A stretch of DNA of 64,000 nucleotides from Pyrinomonadaceae bacterium (GTDB taxonomy: Bacteria > Acidobacteriota > Blastocatellia > Pyrinomonadales > Pyrinomonadaceae). The position numbers and the translations under genes are program-made. The notes beneath the pieces are model-generated. The model ran no database searches, was not told the DNA's origin, and saw nothing but the letters and a program-made list of their open reading frames with translations. The stretch covers positions 386 to 64,385 of the forward strand of contig DASXSC010000093.1 in the NCBI GenBank assembly GCA_036506215.1, written 5' to 3'. Positions 19,849-29,574 of this stretch are shown here, piece by piece (position 1 is the first letter of the stretch; every line of letters starts with the position of its first letter).

Positions 19849-21789
19849 TCAGCTGCGATCAATCCATCGTTCGTACCAAAGGCTCACGTTGAGGAGCGCC
19901 CAGAGATGGAAACTCCACTCACGTGCCTCGCGCCGGTGTTCGTCAAGCAGTTTTGTAACAAACGTATAGTCAAACAGATCGCGGCGGCGGATTGAGGAGT
20001 TCATTATTACTTCGCCCAACATCTCACCGCTATCGCCGCGAAACCATTCACGGACGGGCGCCCCAAAACCGCGCTTGGGACGATAAAGCAAATCTGATGG
20101 CAAGACTTTTTCGAGCGCCTGCTTCAAAATGTGTTTCCCGCTGGCGCCCTTGATCTTGAAATCTACCGAAAGGCCCATCGCGTATTCCACGAGGTGGTGA
20201 TCGAGGAAAGGCACTCGTGCTTCAACAGAAGTGGCCATTGTCATCTTGTCCACGCGCATCAGCAGCAACTCCGGCAGTCGCAGCTTTAGCTCGAGGTACG
20301 TCATACGGGCGGCAAAATCCGAGTTTGGCCTGGCCTGGCTAATGTACTCGAGGTGTTTTCTTACCGCGTCGTATGACGACAAGCCATCGGCCCGGGCACT
20401 CATGTCGCTGGACAAAACCCTGCGTTTGAAAGCTTCGTCGAAGACTATCGCGCCGCCCCAGAAGAGCGATTCGCCGGCGCCTAGCCGGCGCACCAGCTCG
20501 ATGGCCGTGCGTTTGTTGAATGAAGCTTCCATCAGCGGCTTTGCCATCGCCGTTAATGAATGGCGCAGTGCAGCCGGAAGTTTTTGGGCCTGGCTCCAAA
20601 AGAGCTCGTTGATGCGCACGTATTTTCTAAACCAGTCGTAACCGGCAAATATTTCATCGGCTCCTTCGCCAACCTGCACGACGATCGTTCCGGTCTCACG
20701 GGCCAGCTTTGAAACGTAATAGAGCGGCACGCAAACCGGATCGCCAAGTGGTTCATCCTGGTGAAAAACCAAATCGGGCAGAAACTTCTGCATCTCTTTC
20801 TGGCCGATGATTACCTCGTGGTGATCCGTGCCGAAGCGTTTGGCGATCGCTCGCGCACTCTCGAGCTCATTCAGTTCTTTAGTGTCTTCGAAGCCAACGG
20901 TATAGGTTCGTACCGGTTGCGACATCAGTTCCGACATCAGGGCAACGTTGGCTGAAGAATCCACGCCTCCGGAAAGAAATACGCCAAATGGCACGTCTGA
21001 CATCATGCGTTTGCGAATGGAATCTCTCAGCAGCCGCAGAATTTCTTTGCTGTGTTCGACTTCACAGCGCGAGCGCATGCTTTCCGGAAGTTTTTCCGGC
21101 GGCAGCGCGTCCCAATACTGTTTGAGATCGATTGATCCGTCTCGACTAACGACCAGCATGTGGCCGGCAGGTATTTTCTGGATGTTGCGGAACAGCGTGC
21201 GTGGCGCCGGAGTAGTGAGGAAAGTCAGGTAATGATAAAGCGACTCTTCGTTAATCTCGGCTGTAACTGCGGGATGCTTTAGGATGGCTTTGATCTCTGA
21301 AGCGAAGATAAAACGTCCGTCCCGGTGATAAAAATAGAGTGGCTTGACGCCCACGCGATCGCGTGCGAGTACAAGCTGCCCTCGCTCAGCATCCCACAAG
21401 GCGATGCCGAAGTCGCCTTCAATCTCATTGACGAAATCGACGCCGCGCTCTTCGTAGAGATGCAGGATGGTCTCGGAGTCTGTAAGCGAAGTGTACTTGT
21501 GGCCGCGCTTCTCGAGTCCTTCACGTAGATACAGATGGTTGTAAATCTCGCCATTAAAAACCAGCCAGACACGATCCGTGCAACCATGCATCGGCTGGTT
21601 TCCGGCCGGCGAGAGATCAATGATCGACAGACGGCGAAAACCAAGACCGACGCGTCCCTCGTCAAAGAGCGACGCGCCTTCATCGTCTGGTCCACGATGT
21701 CGCATCTCATCGCGCATGCGCTCGATGAGCGGTAAGTCAACCCGCCCTTCGGTTGCGCCATATTCCCAGATTCCGCAGATGCCACACAT
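19849..21789 (-). CDS. asnB: Asparagine synthase (glutamine-hydrolysing) family amidotransferase, paralog 2
   Basis: MCGICGIW N-terminus and SGGVDSS PP-loop. Also 646 aa, but strongly diverged from paralog 1. Confidence 0.9.
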   Translation of the reverse strand: MCGICGIWEYGATEGRVDLPLIERMRDEMRHRGPDDEGASLFDEGRVGLGFRRLSIIDLSPAGNQPMHGCTDRVWLVFNGEIYNHLYLREGLEKRGHKYTSLTDSETILHLYEERGVDFVNEIEGDFGIALWDAERGQLVLARDRVGVKPLYFYHRDGRFIFASEIKAILKHPAVTAEINEESLYHYLTFLTTPAPRTLFRNIQKIPAGHMLVVSRDGSIDLKQYWDALPPEKLPESMRSRCEVEHSKEILRLLRDSIRKRMMSDVPFGVFLSGGVDSSANVALMSELMSQPVRTYTVGFEDTKELNELESARAIAKRFGTDHHEVIIGQKEMQKFLPDLVFHQDEPLGDPVCVPLYYVSKLARETGTIVVQVGEGADEIFAGYDWFRKYVRINELFWSQAQKLPAALRHSLTAMAKPLMEASFNKRTAIELVRRLGAGESLFWGGAIVFDEAFKRRVLSSDMSARADGLSSYDAVRKHLEYISQARPNSDFAARMTYLELKLRLPELLLMRVDKMTMATSVEARVPFLDHHLVEYAMGLSVDFKIKGASGKHILKQALEKVLPSDLLYRPKRGFGAPVREWFRGDSGEMLGEVIMNSSIRRRDLFDYTFVTKLLDEHRREAREWSFHLWALLNVSLWYERWIDRS

Positions 21790-21835
21790 AAAAACAGAGG
21801 TCAGAAGTCAGACTTGATCTTAGTCCAACATCTCG

Positions 21836-21910
21836 CAAGCAGTTCAGAGTTCAACCTTCAGGTTGTCTTTATTCAGGCTAAAGCTTGTACACTAAAGTTC
21901 TTGAGCTTGC
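21836..21910. repeat. Family-A palindromic intercistronic element
   Basis: gcaagcagttcagagttcaaccttcaggttg ... caggctaaagcttgtacactaaagttcttgagcttgc, between the heparinase-like stop and the asnB-2 start. Confidence 0.7.
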
Positions 21911-21912
21911 TG

Positions 21913-24054
21913 TTACCTTTGTAAAACTCTCAAACGTTGATCGTGATCTTCGCCGGCGCACACCGGAACGATCGCCCAGCGAAGTTTACAAGGCATTGTC
22001 ATCTTGGTGATCCAATTCGCCGAAACCGATGGGGCCTTCGAACCATAATGCCGGGAGGTGAACTGGGGTTCCAGTTCCGGAGGCTGATCGAGATCGAGCG
22101 AAGATACAATTAAACGCGCGCCACTCATCTTATCCCACGTGATGACGCCACCGTTGTTGAGGAGGCTTACCTCGAGTCCGGCATCGAAATGGAAACGCGT
22201 GGCAATTTTGTGTTGGCCCTTTCCGCCAATCTCATCCTCGATTAACCACCAGCGATTGACTTTGTCAAAAATAATTGTGCGGCGATGAGTGATCGGTTCG
22301 GCCAAACGCTGGTAGCCGGTATGTTCGGCAACAACCCGGTCATGTTTGGGCGTGCTCTCCCAATCCAAAACGCGCGCTACCGCTTCGCCTCCAGTCACAA
22401 ACGGCGCATCTTCGCGAATTGTTTGTTGCTCCGCGTCGTCAATCTCTATCGTCGAATGGTAGGCGGTCGAGCGAAAAAGATGCCGCTCGCCCAAGTCGGC
22501 CGTGTAAACATACGAGCCTGGGTCAACTATAAAAGCGCAGCCGCAGGCTGAGACCTCCACGCTCAACACGTCGTTGTGTCGATGCGAAGTCGGCCTGCTG
22601 TTATTGGCGCCGTTTGCATTGAACAAAAGATACAGGTCTTCGTGCCGCAGAACATAAGTGCAGGCATCAGGAAACGCCCGTGATGAAGTTTCCTCATTTA
22701 AACTCGTGAGCTGTTCGTAGTCTCGCAAACCTCCTTCGCCTAACAGCCACAACAACTCCTGCGGCGCCTCCACCTGCTCCGGCTTCAATTGCGAATCCTT
22801 AAAAACTGCTGCGCCGATAGCCGGCAGAAACGCGTGATCGCTAGCGCTGCGAGGAACGATTGGCAAGAATTGGCCACCATCCGAATCGCCGATGAGCGGC
22901 GCTAAACCGTCGGGCCGCACAATAGCGCCCAGATAGGCGAGCATAGTATTAAGCTTGCGCCAATATTTGTCTTCAATCTGTATTTCATTCGCTCGGCAAA
23001 GAATGAACGAGTAGAGGAACAGTTCGAGAATAAAGCGCTGGTAGCCCGTCGAACCTTCGTAGTCAGCGCCGTCAAGCAGGATCTGCTTGTCCATCTCGTG
23101 GAGCAATTCATTCAATGCCCATATTCGCCACGCTTCAGCGCGTGCGAGCTCCGGCAGCATGATGGCGATCCATAGCAATCCCGCTAAGTTCGATAGGTAA
23201 TGGTTGCTCGTAGCGATGTGTGAAAACTCGAGGTTGCGACGAATGTGAGCGCCGTGCTGATCGAACATCGCTAACAACATCGACAGTTTTTCTTCGTTGA
23301 GGGCCGGCGAGATTCGGAACAGCGAGAAGGCCGCGAGCAGGTTTATGGCGCGGAGCGCAACTTCCATCGCACACGACCAGTTAGCACCACGTCCGACCGG
23401 GTTTTGTTGGCGCCAGCTTTCGAGCTGGGCGAAAAACTCCGCGGCCAGGTGTTCTTCCCTGGTCAGCGCATACGCGCGGGCGAGCGTGATGAGATGGCCA
23501 AGGCGATTGAGTTCCCACAACAATCTGATGTCTGAACCGTCGCTGTGCCAGAAAGTGATCTCGGCGTGATAGTCGAGTGGCCAGATTCTTCCGGAGAGTG
23601 GATCACGATGCCAGTTTATCGGATCAGCTACCTCACGCGGCCAACCAGCGCGCGAAGAAGGCTCGCCGAATTCTTTCTCCCCAAAACCTAACAACGGCCA
23701 GCGATGTTCTTTAGTGATCAGTTGCGCGGATTCAATCAGCGAGTCAGTTTCATCAGGAAAGAGATCTCGTTGTCGGGAAGCCGTCGAGTCCGCCTGTTGA
23801 AATCCGGGCAGAAATGAAGGCCTCGCGCGTTCGCGAAAGTGTTTCAGTAAAGCGGATGACGAGAGGCTTTGGAATCCAGTTCGCAACTGCGCCGGTCGAG
23901 AAGCGAGCTCATCAAGCATTGCCTGTTCCCGGCGGCGGCGCACAGCAACTCGCCCGCGCCGAAAAGCTTCGCGCGTCGCCCGGCTGAAGCTAATTCGCCC
24001 ACGAAGCACGCTTCGCACCCCTCGCGTCAATGATCTCACAACGACTGCGCTCAT
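21913..24054 (-). CDS. Heparinase II/III family protein (alginate-lyase-like N-domain + heparinase II/III C-domain)
   Basis: DIRLLWELNRLGHLITLARAY and HRHNDVLSVEVSACGCAFIVDPGSYVYT motifs. Start re-set to ATG 24054, 1 nt after the wecB stop, instead of the 62-nt overlapping 24117. Confidence 0.75.
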   Translation of the reverse strand: MSAVVVRSLTRGVRSVLRGRISFSRATREAFRRGRVAVRRRREQAMLDELASRPAQLRTGFQSLSSSALLKHFRERARPSFLPGFQQADSTASRQRDLFPDETDSLIESAQLITKEHRWPLLGFGEKEFGEPSSRAGWPREVADPINWHRDPLSGRIWPLDYHAEITFWHSDGSDIRLLWELNRLGHLITLARAYALTREEHLAAEFFAQLESWRQQNPVGRGANWSCAMEVALRAINLLAAFSLFRISPALNEEKLSMLLAMFDQHGAHIRRNLEFSHIATSNHYLSNLAGLLWIAIMLPELARAEAWRIWALNELLHEMDKQILLDGADYEGSTGYQRFILELFLYSFILCRANEIQIEDKYWRKLNTMLAYLGAIVRPDGLAPLIGDSDGGQFLPIVPRSASDHAFLPAIGAAVFKDSQLKPEQVEAPQELLWLLGEGGLRDYEQLTSLNEETSSRAFPDACTYVLRHEDLYLLFNANGANNSRPTSHRHNDVLSVEVSACGCAFIVDPGSYVYTADLGERHLFRSTAYHSTIEIDDAEQQTIREDAPFVTGGEAVARVLDWESTPKHDRVVAEHTGYQRLAEPITHRRTIIFDKVNRWWLIEDEIGGKGQHKIATRFHFDAGLEVSLLNNGGVITWDKMSGARLIVSSLDLDQPPELEPQFTSRHYGSKAPSVSANWITKMTMPCKLRWAIVPVCAGEDHDQRLRVLQR

Positions 24055-24055
24055 C

Positions 24056-25144
24056 TTAACCGAGCGCGGCGATAATGCGCTCTGCCGTGTGACCATCCCA
24101 AAGCGGAATCCTGACAACCTTTTTCGAGGTTTCGTTAAGCGCCTTAAAAGCTGCGGCGGTGATCTTCGTTGGGTCGCTCCCGACTATTGTGTTTGTTCCC
24201 ATCGTAACTGTAATTGGCCGTTCCGTATTCTCGCGTAAGGTCAGACAGGGAATACCCAAAACGCTCGTCTCTTCCTGAATGCCGCCCGAATCCGTGAGCA
24301 CTAAACGCGCACTGCTGTAGAGACTAAGAAAATCAAGGTACCCGAGCGGGTCAATCAAGCGCAGGCCTTTCACTCTATCTACTCGCATATCCAGGCCAAG
24401 TTCAGCAATTGACTTCCTCGTGCGTGGATGCACAGGGAAAACCAGCGGAAGCCTTTCGCTGATTGCGGCGAGCGCCTCAAGTATTTTTCCGAAGGCGGCC
24501 GGGTCGTCAACATTCGCAGGTCGATGTAGCGTAAGCACTGCATAACTCTTGTCGGTCAATCCCATTTGGTCCTTGATCCGCGATTGCCGGGATTGATCCA
24601 GGTGTTTGCAGAGCGAGTCGATCATGATGTTGCCGACCAGGCGTATTCGTTCCGGTGGAATTCCCTCGGCACGCAAGTTTTCATCTGCGTCGGCGGAAGG
24701 AGTAAAAAGCAGATCGGCAATCTGATCGGTTAGCAGCCGGTTGATCTCTTCTGGCATGGTGCGGTCCCGGCTGCGCAAGCCTGCCTCGACGTGCGCGACC
24801 TTCACGCCTAGTTTCACACAAACAAGCGCGCAGGCGAGCGTGGAATTAACATCGCCTACTACCAGGACCCAATCAGGCTGCTCGCGCAGAACAACGGATT
24901 CGAAGCGCTCCATGATGGCCGCTGTTTGTGCGGCGTGTGAGGCGGAACCAACGCCGAGATAAACATCGGGTTGCGGCAAATCCAGATCGCTGAAGAAAGC
25001 GTCAGACATAGCCGCGTCGTAGTGTTGACCAGTATGAACAACAAGCGGCGTAAACTCTCGTTCACGCCGCTTCATTGCTTCCACAATCGGCGCGACCTTC
25101 ATGAAGTTGGGACGCGCGCCGACAACGTTGATTACTTTAAGCAT
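24056..25144 (-). CDS. wecB: UDP-N-acetylglucosamine 2-epimerase (non-hydrolysing)
   Basis: MLKVINVVGARPNFMKVAPI, HTGQHYD, VHVEAGLRS and LTDSGGIQEE motifs. Confidence 0.92.
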   Translation of the reverse strand: MLKVINVVGARPNFMKVAPIVEAMKRREREFTPLVVHTGQHYDAAMSDAFFSDLDLPQPDVYLGVGSASHAAQTAAIMERFESVVLREQPDWVLVVGDVNSTLACALVCVKLGVKVAHVEAGLRSRDRTMPEEINRLLTDQIADLLFTPSADADENLRAEGIPPERIRLVGNIMIDSLCKHLDQSRQSRIKDQMGLTDKSYAVLTLHRPANVDDPAAFGKILEALAAISERLPLVFPVHPRTRKSIAELGLDMRVDRVKGLRLIDPLGYLDFLSLYSSARLVLTDSGGIQEETSVLGIPCLTLRENTERPITVTMGTNTIVGSDPTKITAAAFKALNETSKKVVRIPLWDGHTAERIIAALG

Positions 25145-25192
25145 TCAGCAAAGCCCAACCGCGAAAGTCCACCGTACAACATTCGCTGTTGC

Positions 25193-25297
25193 GCAAGTAG
25201 TTCAGAGTTCAAGCTTTAGCTTGCGTGACGCTTCAGAAAAGACAACCTGAAGGTTGAACTCTAAACTGCTTGACCGGGTTCAAAGTTCAAGCTTTTG
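25193..25297. repeat. Family-A palindromic intercistronic element (composite)
   Basis: gcaagtagttcagagttcaagctttagcttgc ... caacctgaaggttgaactctaaactgcttga ... gttcaaagttcaagcttttg, between the wecC stop and the wecB start. Confidence 0.75.
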
Positions 25298-25319
25298 TCA
25301 CGGGCCGTCAACTTTGAGC

Positions 25320-26657
25320 TTAGAGACGAATTATTCGTGCGCTACTGTCGCGCCTGACATCACCATTGAGCGCGTTCCGCGTATCAATTATCAGCGAACT
25401 GAGTTGGCAAACGCGTTTGTAATCCGTTGCGCTGTGATCGGTGACGATCACCACGCAATCCGTCGAGCGCAACTCTTCATCGGTTAAGGGCACGGAACCG
25501 AGTGGCTCGCCTCCGCCTTCGGTATGCGCGTCGTCAAAGTGAACTTCATTCACAAATGGATCGTGGTAACGCACCTCGGCGCCTTTCGCGCGCAGGCGAT
25601 CGATAATCGACAAGGCCGGACTCTCGCGCACGTCATCAATGTCTTTCTTGTAAGCGACGCCCAACAACAGAATACGTGAACCTTTCATTGCCTTGCGTTC
25701 GTCGTTCAGACCATCCGCAATCAGTTGCACCACATGCTCCGGCATGCGTGAGTTTACTTCCTCCGCGAGGCCGATGAAACGAGAATCGAAACCGTGTTGC
25801 CGTGCCTTCCACGACAGGTAATGCGGATCAAGCGGAATGCAGTGTCCACCGATTCCCGGACCGGGATAGAAAGGCATGAAACCAAAAGGCTTCGTGGCCG
25901 CTGCGCGAATCACTTCCCAGGTGTCGATGTTCAGAGCATAACAGAGTCGCGCCATCTCGTTTGCCATGCCGATGTTCACTGCGCGAAACGTGTTTTCCAA
26001 AAGCTTGGCCGTTTCGGCAACGCGAGCTGAGCTGACGGCATGGACGTCTTTAACAATTTGCGAATAGAGATAAGCGGCAGCTTCGGTGGAATCGGCGGTC
26101 ACGCCACCGACGACCTTGGGAATATTATTCGTTTGAAACTGGGGGTTACCCGGATCAACTCGTTCCGGGGAAAACGCCACCAGAAAATCGACATCGAGCT
26201 TGAGTCCAGTTTCCTCGAACATCGGCACCAGCATTTCGTCGGTAGTGCCGGGATAGGTAGTTGACTCGAGAATGATCAACTGTCCCGCGTGCAGGCGCCG
26301 CTTGATCTCTTCGGCAGCGGCCAGGATGTAAGAAACGTCGGGCTCTTTTGTCTTTCTGAGCGGTGTCGGGACACAGATGATGATGGCATCGCATTCCTTT
26401 AATTGATCGAAATCGGTGGTTGCGCGCAGGCGCTTGCCATCGACAAATTCCTTGACTACCGCGGCCGGCACGTCGCCGATATAAGAATCACCTGCATTAA
26501 TCTGGGCTGCTTTATGCTCGTCAACCTCAAAGCCGGTGGCCTGATAACCACTGCGTGCAAATTCGGCCAGTAGTGGCAAGCCGACATACCCTAAGCCAAC
26601 CACTCCGACATGCGCACGCTTGCGTTTTATCAGAGCAATTATTTGTTCCTTGATCAT
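25320..26657 (-). CDS. wecC: Nucleotide-sugar 6-dehydrogenase (UDP-ManNAc / UDP-GlcNAc dehydrogenase family)
   Basis: VGVVGLGYVGLPL Rossmann motif and GPGIGGHCIPLDP catalytic-Cys motif. Adjacency to wecB favours UDP-ManNAc dehydrogenase, but WbpA-like specificity cannot be excluded. Confidence 0.8.
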   Translation of the reverse strand: MIKEQIIALIKRKRAHVGVVGLGYVGLPLLAEFARSGYQATGFEVDEHKAAQINAGDSYIGDVPAAVVKEFVDGKRLRATTDFDQLKECDAIIICVPTPLRKTKEPDVSYILAAAEEIKRRLHAGQLIILESTTYPGTTDEMLVPMFEETGLKLDVDFLVAFSPERVDPGNPQFQTNNIPKVVGGVTADSTEAAAYLYSQIVKDVHAVSSARVAETAKLLENTFRAVNIGMANEMARLCYALNIDTWEVIRAAATKPFGFMPFYPGPGIGGHCIPLDPHYLSWKARQHGFDSRFIGLAEEVNSRMPEHVVQLIADGLNDERKAMKGSRILLLGVAYKKDIDDVRESPALSIIDRLRAKGAEVRYHDPFVNEVHFDDAHTEGGGEPLGSVPLTDEELRSTDCVVIVTDHSATDYKRVCQLSSLIIDTRNALNGDVRRDSSARIIRL

Positions 26658-26732
26658 GTAACCGGTTTTCCTTTGATGCCTGGAGTGCGGTGGTTGGCCG
26701 GCTCCTACCGCCAGCGATTCCCTAACGACCGT

Positions 26733-27365
26733 TCAGTGTTTGAAGCTCTCGAGAAGCCAATTGTAAGGTTTGTCAATATTGAAAAAGTAAGTTGCACTCT
26801 GCTTAGTCTTTGGATCAACCGCGGTCATTCTGTCGTAACTATGGCCATTTTCTTCAACTTTGGACTGACCCGACGGCTTCAGTCCCATAAAGTTGAACCA
26901 GGCATATTCTTCATCGACTGAGATCACGAGGAAAGCTGTCTCCATAGTTTTCCCATCGCCAGAATCAGAGATTGACTTCAAGAGATTCTGAAAAACGTAT
27001 TTGTGGTAGTTAGCTTTTTCCTTGCGTCCCAGGTGTCGATTGGCAGCGAAGGCCACGAAGTGAGCATCGACGTCAAGGTAGTTGGCGGCAAGGACTTTTT
27101 CGCCCGACGCCAGAGCCTTCTCATACTCCCCGGCCTCGAGCTCCGCAATCATCGCCTTTTTGGAATTGCCGTCGCCGCCGTAAGGGCTGTACTGTTTTGT
27201 CTCAGTGTAAGTGAAGCGCAGGTCTTTGAAGTTGACCTCCGGATCCTGCTTCTTCATCCTTTCGAGAAGAGTCTCATAAGAAAGTTGGGGAATAGTTTGC
27301 TGGGCTGCGACGACAAATTGAAGCAAAAATATGCCACAAACGATGAAGACCGATTTTTTGATCAT
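26733..27365 (-). CDS. Secreted hypothetical protein (DUF4919-like)
   Basis: Signal peptide MIKKSVFIVCGIFLLQFVVAAQQ. The family call is from memory of DUF4919 proteins of this size. Start set at ATG 27365. Confidence 0.5.
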   Translation of the reverse strand: MIKKSVFIVCGIFLLQFVVAAQQTIPQLSYETLLERMKKQDPEVNFKDLRFTYTETKQYSPYGGDGNSKKAMIAELEAGEYEKALASGEKVLAANYLDVDAHFVAFAANRHLGRKEKANYHKYVFQNLLKSISDSGDGKTMETAFLVISVDEEYAWFNFMGLKPSGQSKVEENGHSYDRMTAVDPKTKQSATYFFNIDKPYNWLLESFKH

Positions 27366-27815
27366 AGCTGGGGCAAGACGCGCTAGAGGTTCCAACACTC
27401 CGAAGACTTTCCTGGATTCAAGTCAGCAAGACTATTTGAGCGGTGCGAGGAGTGTCAAGGAGAGCGGTTCTGTGATACTGATGCAGTTTGAATTTGACCG
27501 GGGCAGCAGCCTTCTCCGGCTAAAGGTGACCAAACATGGGGCTATGCCCCCACTCGGGGCATAGCCCCCGAAACGATTTTGGCACCGTTCCGGTGGGGCG
27601 AAGCCGCCACCGCACATCAGACGGCAGAGCCGCAAACCGATGTTTTCCATAGACTCAATAGCGGGCGGTCGCTCGTTGGCAATAGCTTTCTAGCGTCCAA
27701 CGAGCGTTGGGCCTCTATCGACGCTAAACTAACTTTTACTTAAGCCCAGGAGTGGCGCTGTTAATCGTCTTTTAGGTTGCTGCCACGCACAACCAGTGAA
27801 CCCCTTTCTGATCCA

Positions 27816-29342
27816 ATGAGCCAACCTACAGGTAGCTCCTCTCCGAAACTTGTTCGCGGTCTCGGCTTGATCGACGCCAGCATGATCGTCGTTGGATCGA
27901 TGATCGGCTCAGGAATTTTCATCACTTCGGCCGAGTCAGCGCGGCTGGTAGGATCGCCTGGCTGGTTAGTGGTTGCCTGGGCACTAGCCGGCGTACTCAC
28001 CATCACTGGTGCACTCTGTTGCGCCGAGCTGGCGGCGATGATGCCGCGGGCCGGAGGACAATATGTCTTTCTGCGGGAGGCGTATGGTCCAGCGGCCGGA
28101 TTCCTTTTCGGCTGGTCACTCCTTCTGGTCATTCAAACCGGCACCATCGCCGCTGTGGCAGTTGCTTTCGCCCGCTTCATGGGCGTGCTCGCGCCGCAAG
28201 TTTCCGAGTCAAAATACATTGTCGCGCCCGTACATCTATTCGGTCGTTACGCCATAAGTCTTTCAACTGCGCAACTGGTCGCGATCATCCTTATTTTGTT
28301 GCTGACCGCAACGAACACGCGTGGTCTCAAAACCGGCAAGCTCATTCAGAACACGTTTACTCTCACGAAGACGGCGGCGCTTATTGGTCTCATACTGGTG
28401 GGCTTGTTGCTAGGTTGGAACAGCCATAGCGCTGCCTACACTTCCGCGTGGTGGAATCCCTGGGCCAACGGCTGGAATCCGCAGGCAGTTCAGCCCGGCC
28501 TGACAGCGACCGGCACCACTGCCCTGTTGATGTTGCTGGGTCTCGGGATGGTTGGGCCGCTGTTTGCGCAGTCTGCCTGGAACAATGTCACGTTTACGGG
28601 TAGCGAAATCCGTGATCCCGGACGCAATTTGCCGCGGGCCTTATTAATCGGCTGTCTCACAGTGGTAGCTCTTTACCTCCTCGCCAATGTTGCTTACAGC
28701 GTGACCCTTCCTCTCGCCACAATTCAAAAGCCGCAGAACAGTGTCGCCACTGCCACGATGCAGGCAGTCTTCAACCGGCCCGGCACGATTCTGATGGCCG
28801 TGGCCATCATGATCTCAACCTTCGGTTGCAACAACGGCCTGATTCTCGCTGGAGCGCGCGTTTATTACGCAATGGCGCGTGACCGGTTGTTCTTTTCCCG
28901 CATTGCTATTCTTAACTCCAGGCATGTTCCGGCAATCGCTCTCATCACTCAGGGTATTTGGGCGTCTCTCCTGACACTGCCCCGCACAATCAAGGTGAAT
29001 CCCGCGCCAGGGGAAGATCCTTACGGCAATGTTTACACGCAGCTACTTGAATACATTGTTTCCGCGGATTTGGTTTTTTATGCATTGATGGTAGGAGCAG
29101 TAATCGTTATGCGGCGCAAAGCTCCTTCGAACAAGCGCCCCTATCGCACGTTCGGTTACCCGGTTGTGCCTTTGATCTATATTTTGCTCGCACTGCTATT
29201 AGTGATCGATCTTGCTTTGCTGAAGCCTCAAACATCTGGCATTGGCTACCTGCTCGTGTTAACCGGCATCCCCGTGTACTTTGTGTGGCATCGCAAAGCG
29301 AGCACGCCGCCGGAGAGTATTGCCAAAAACACGCAACCGTAA
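27816..29342 (+). CDS. Amino acid permease (APC superfamily)
   Basis: GLIDASMIVVGSMIGSGIF motif and ~12 TM helices. The ORF opens at TTG 27777; ATG 27816 is the likelier start. Confidence 0.85.
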   Translation: MSQPTGSSSPKLVRGLGLIDASMIVVGSMIGSGIFITSAESARLVGSPGWLVVAWALAGVLTITGALCCAELAAMMPRAGGQYVFLREAYGPAAGFLFGWSLLLVIQTGTIAAVAVAFARFMGVLAPQVSESKYIVAPVHLFGRYAISLSTAQLVAIILILLLTATNTRGLKTGKLIQNTFTLTKTAALIGLILVGLLLGWNSHSAAYTSAWWNPWANGWNPQAVQPGLTATGTTALLMLLGLGMVGPLFAQSAWNNVTFTGSEIRDPGRNLPRALLIGCLTVVALYLLANVAYSVTLPLATIQKPQNSVATATMQAVFNRPGTILMAVAIMISTFGCNNGLILAGARVYYAMARDRLFFSRIAILNSRHVPAIALITQGIWASLLTLPRTIKVNPAPGEDPYGNVYTQLLEYIVSADLVFYALMVGAVIVMRRKAPSNKRPYRTFGYPVVPLIYILLALLLVIDLALLKPQTSGIGYLLVLTGIPVYFVWHRKASTPPESIAKNTQP

Positions 29343-29574
29343 CTGTAGTCTCGCAGCCTGGGCATTTGTTTAGGTTAGAGAGATTCGCCATGGGATAACT
29401 ACTCGCATTGATTGGCGAAATTTGTGACAGCCCTTAACCTGCGCCTTTCAATTCTGCCGGATAAGCTGCGGTTGACTATGTTAGACTAAGTGCTTCGGTT
29501 CCTCGTATCTCAGAGCTAGTGGCATTGTCTTCTCGACGCCACACGATTTCTCACTAGAGCCAAAGGAGACGTTC

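Noticed and set aside
24055-24117. 62-nt overlap between the heparinase-like ORF and wecB
   Set aside because: An in-frame ATG at 24054 lies 1 nt after the wecB stop. The upstream 21 codons are most simply an ORF-extension artefact, so the shorter model was adopted.
27537-27570. Perfect 13-bp hairpin ggggctatgcccc-cact-ggggcatagcccc as an intrinsic terminator
   Set aside because: It sits in a divergent promoter region, between genes transcribed away from it, and lacks a U-tract on either strand. It is more likely part of the local repeat or structured element that begins with the 17-mer at 27474.
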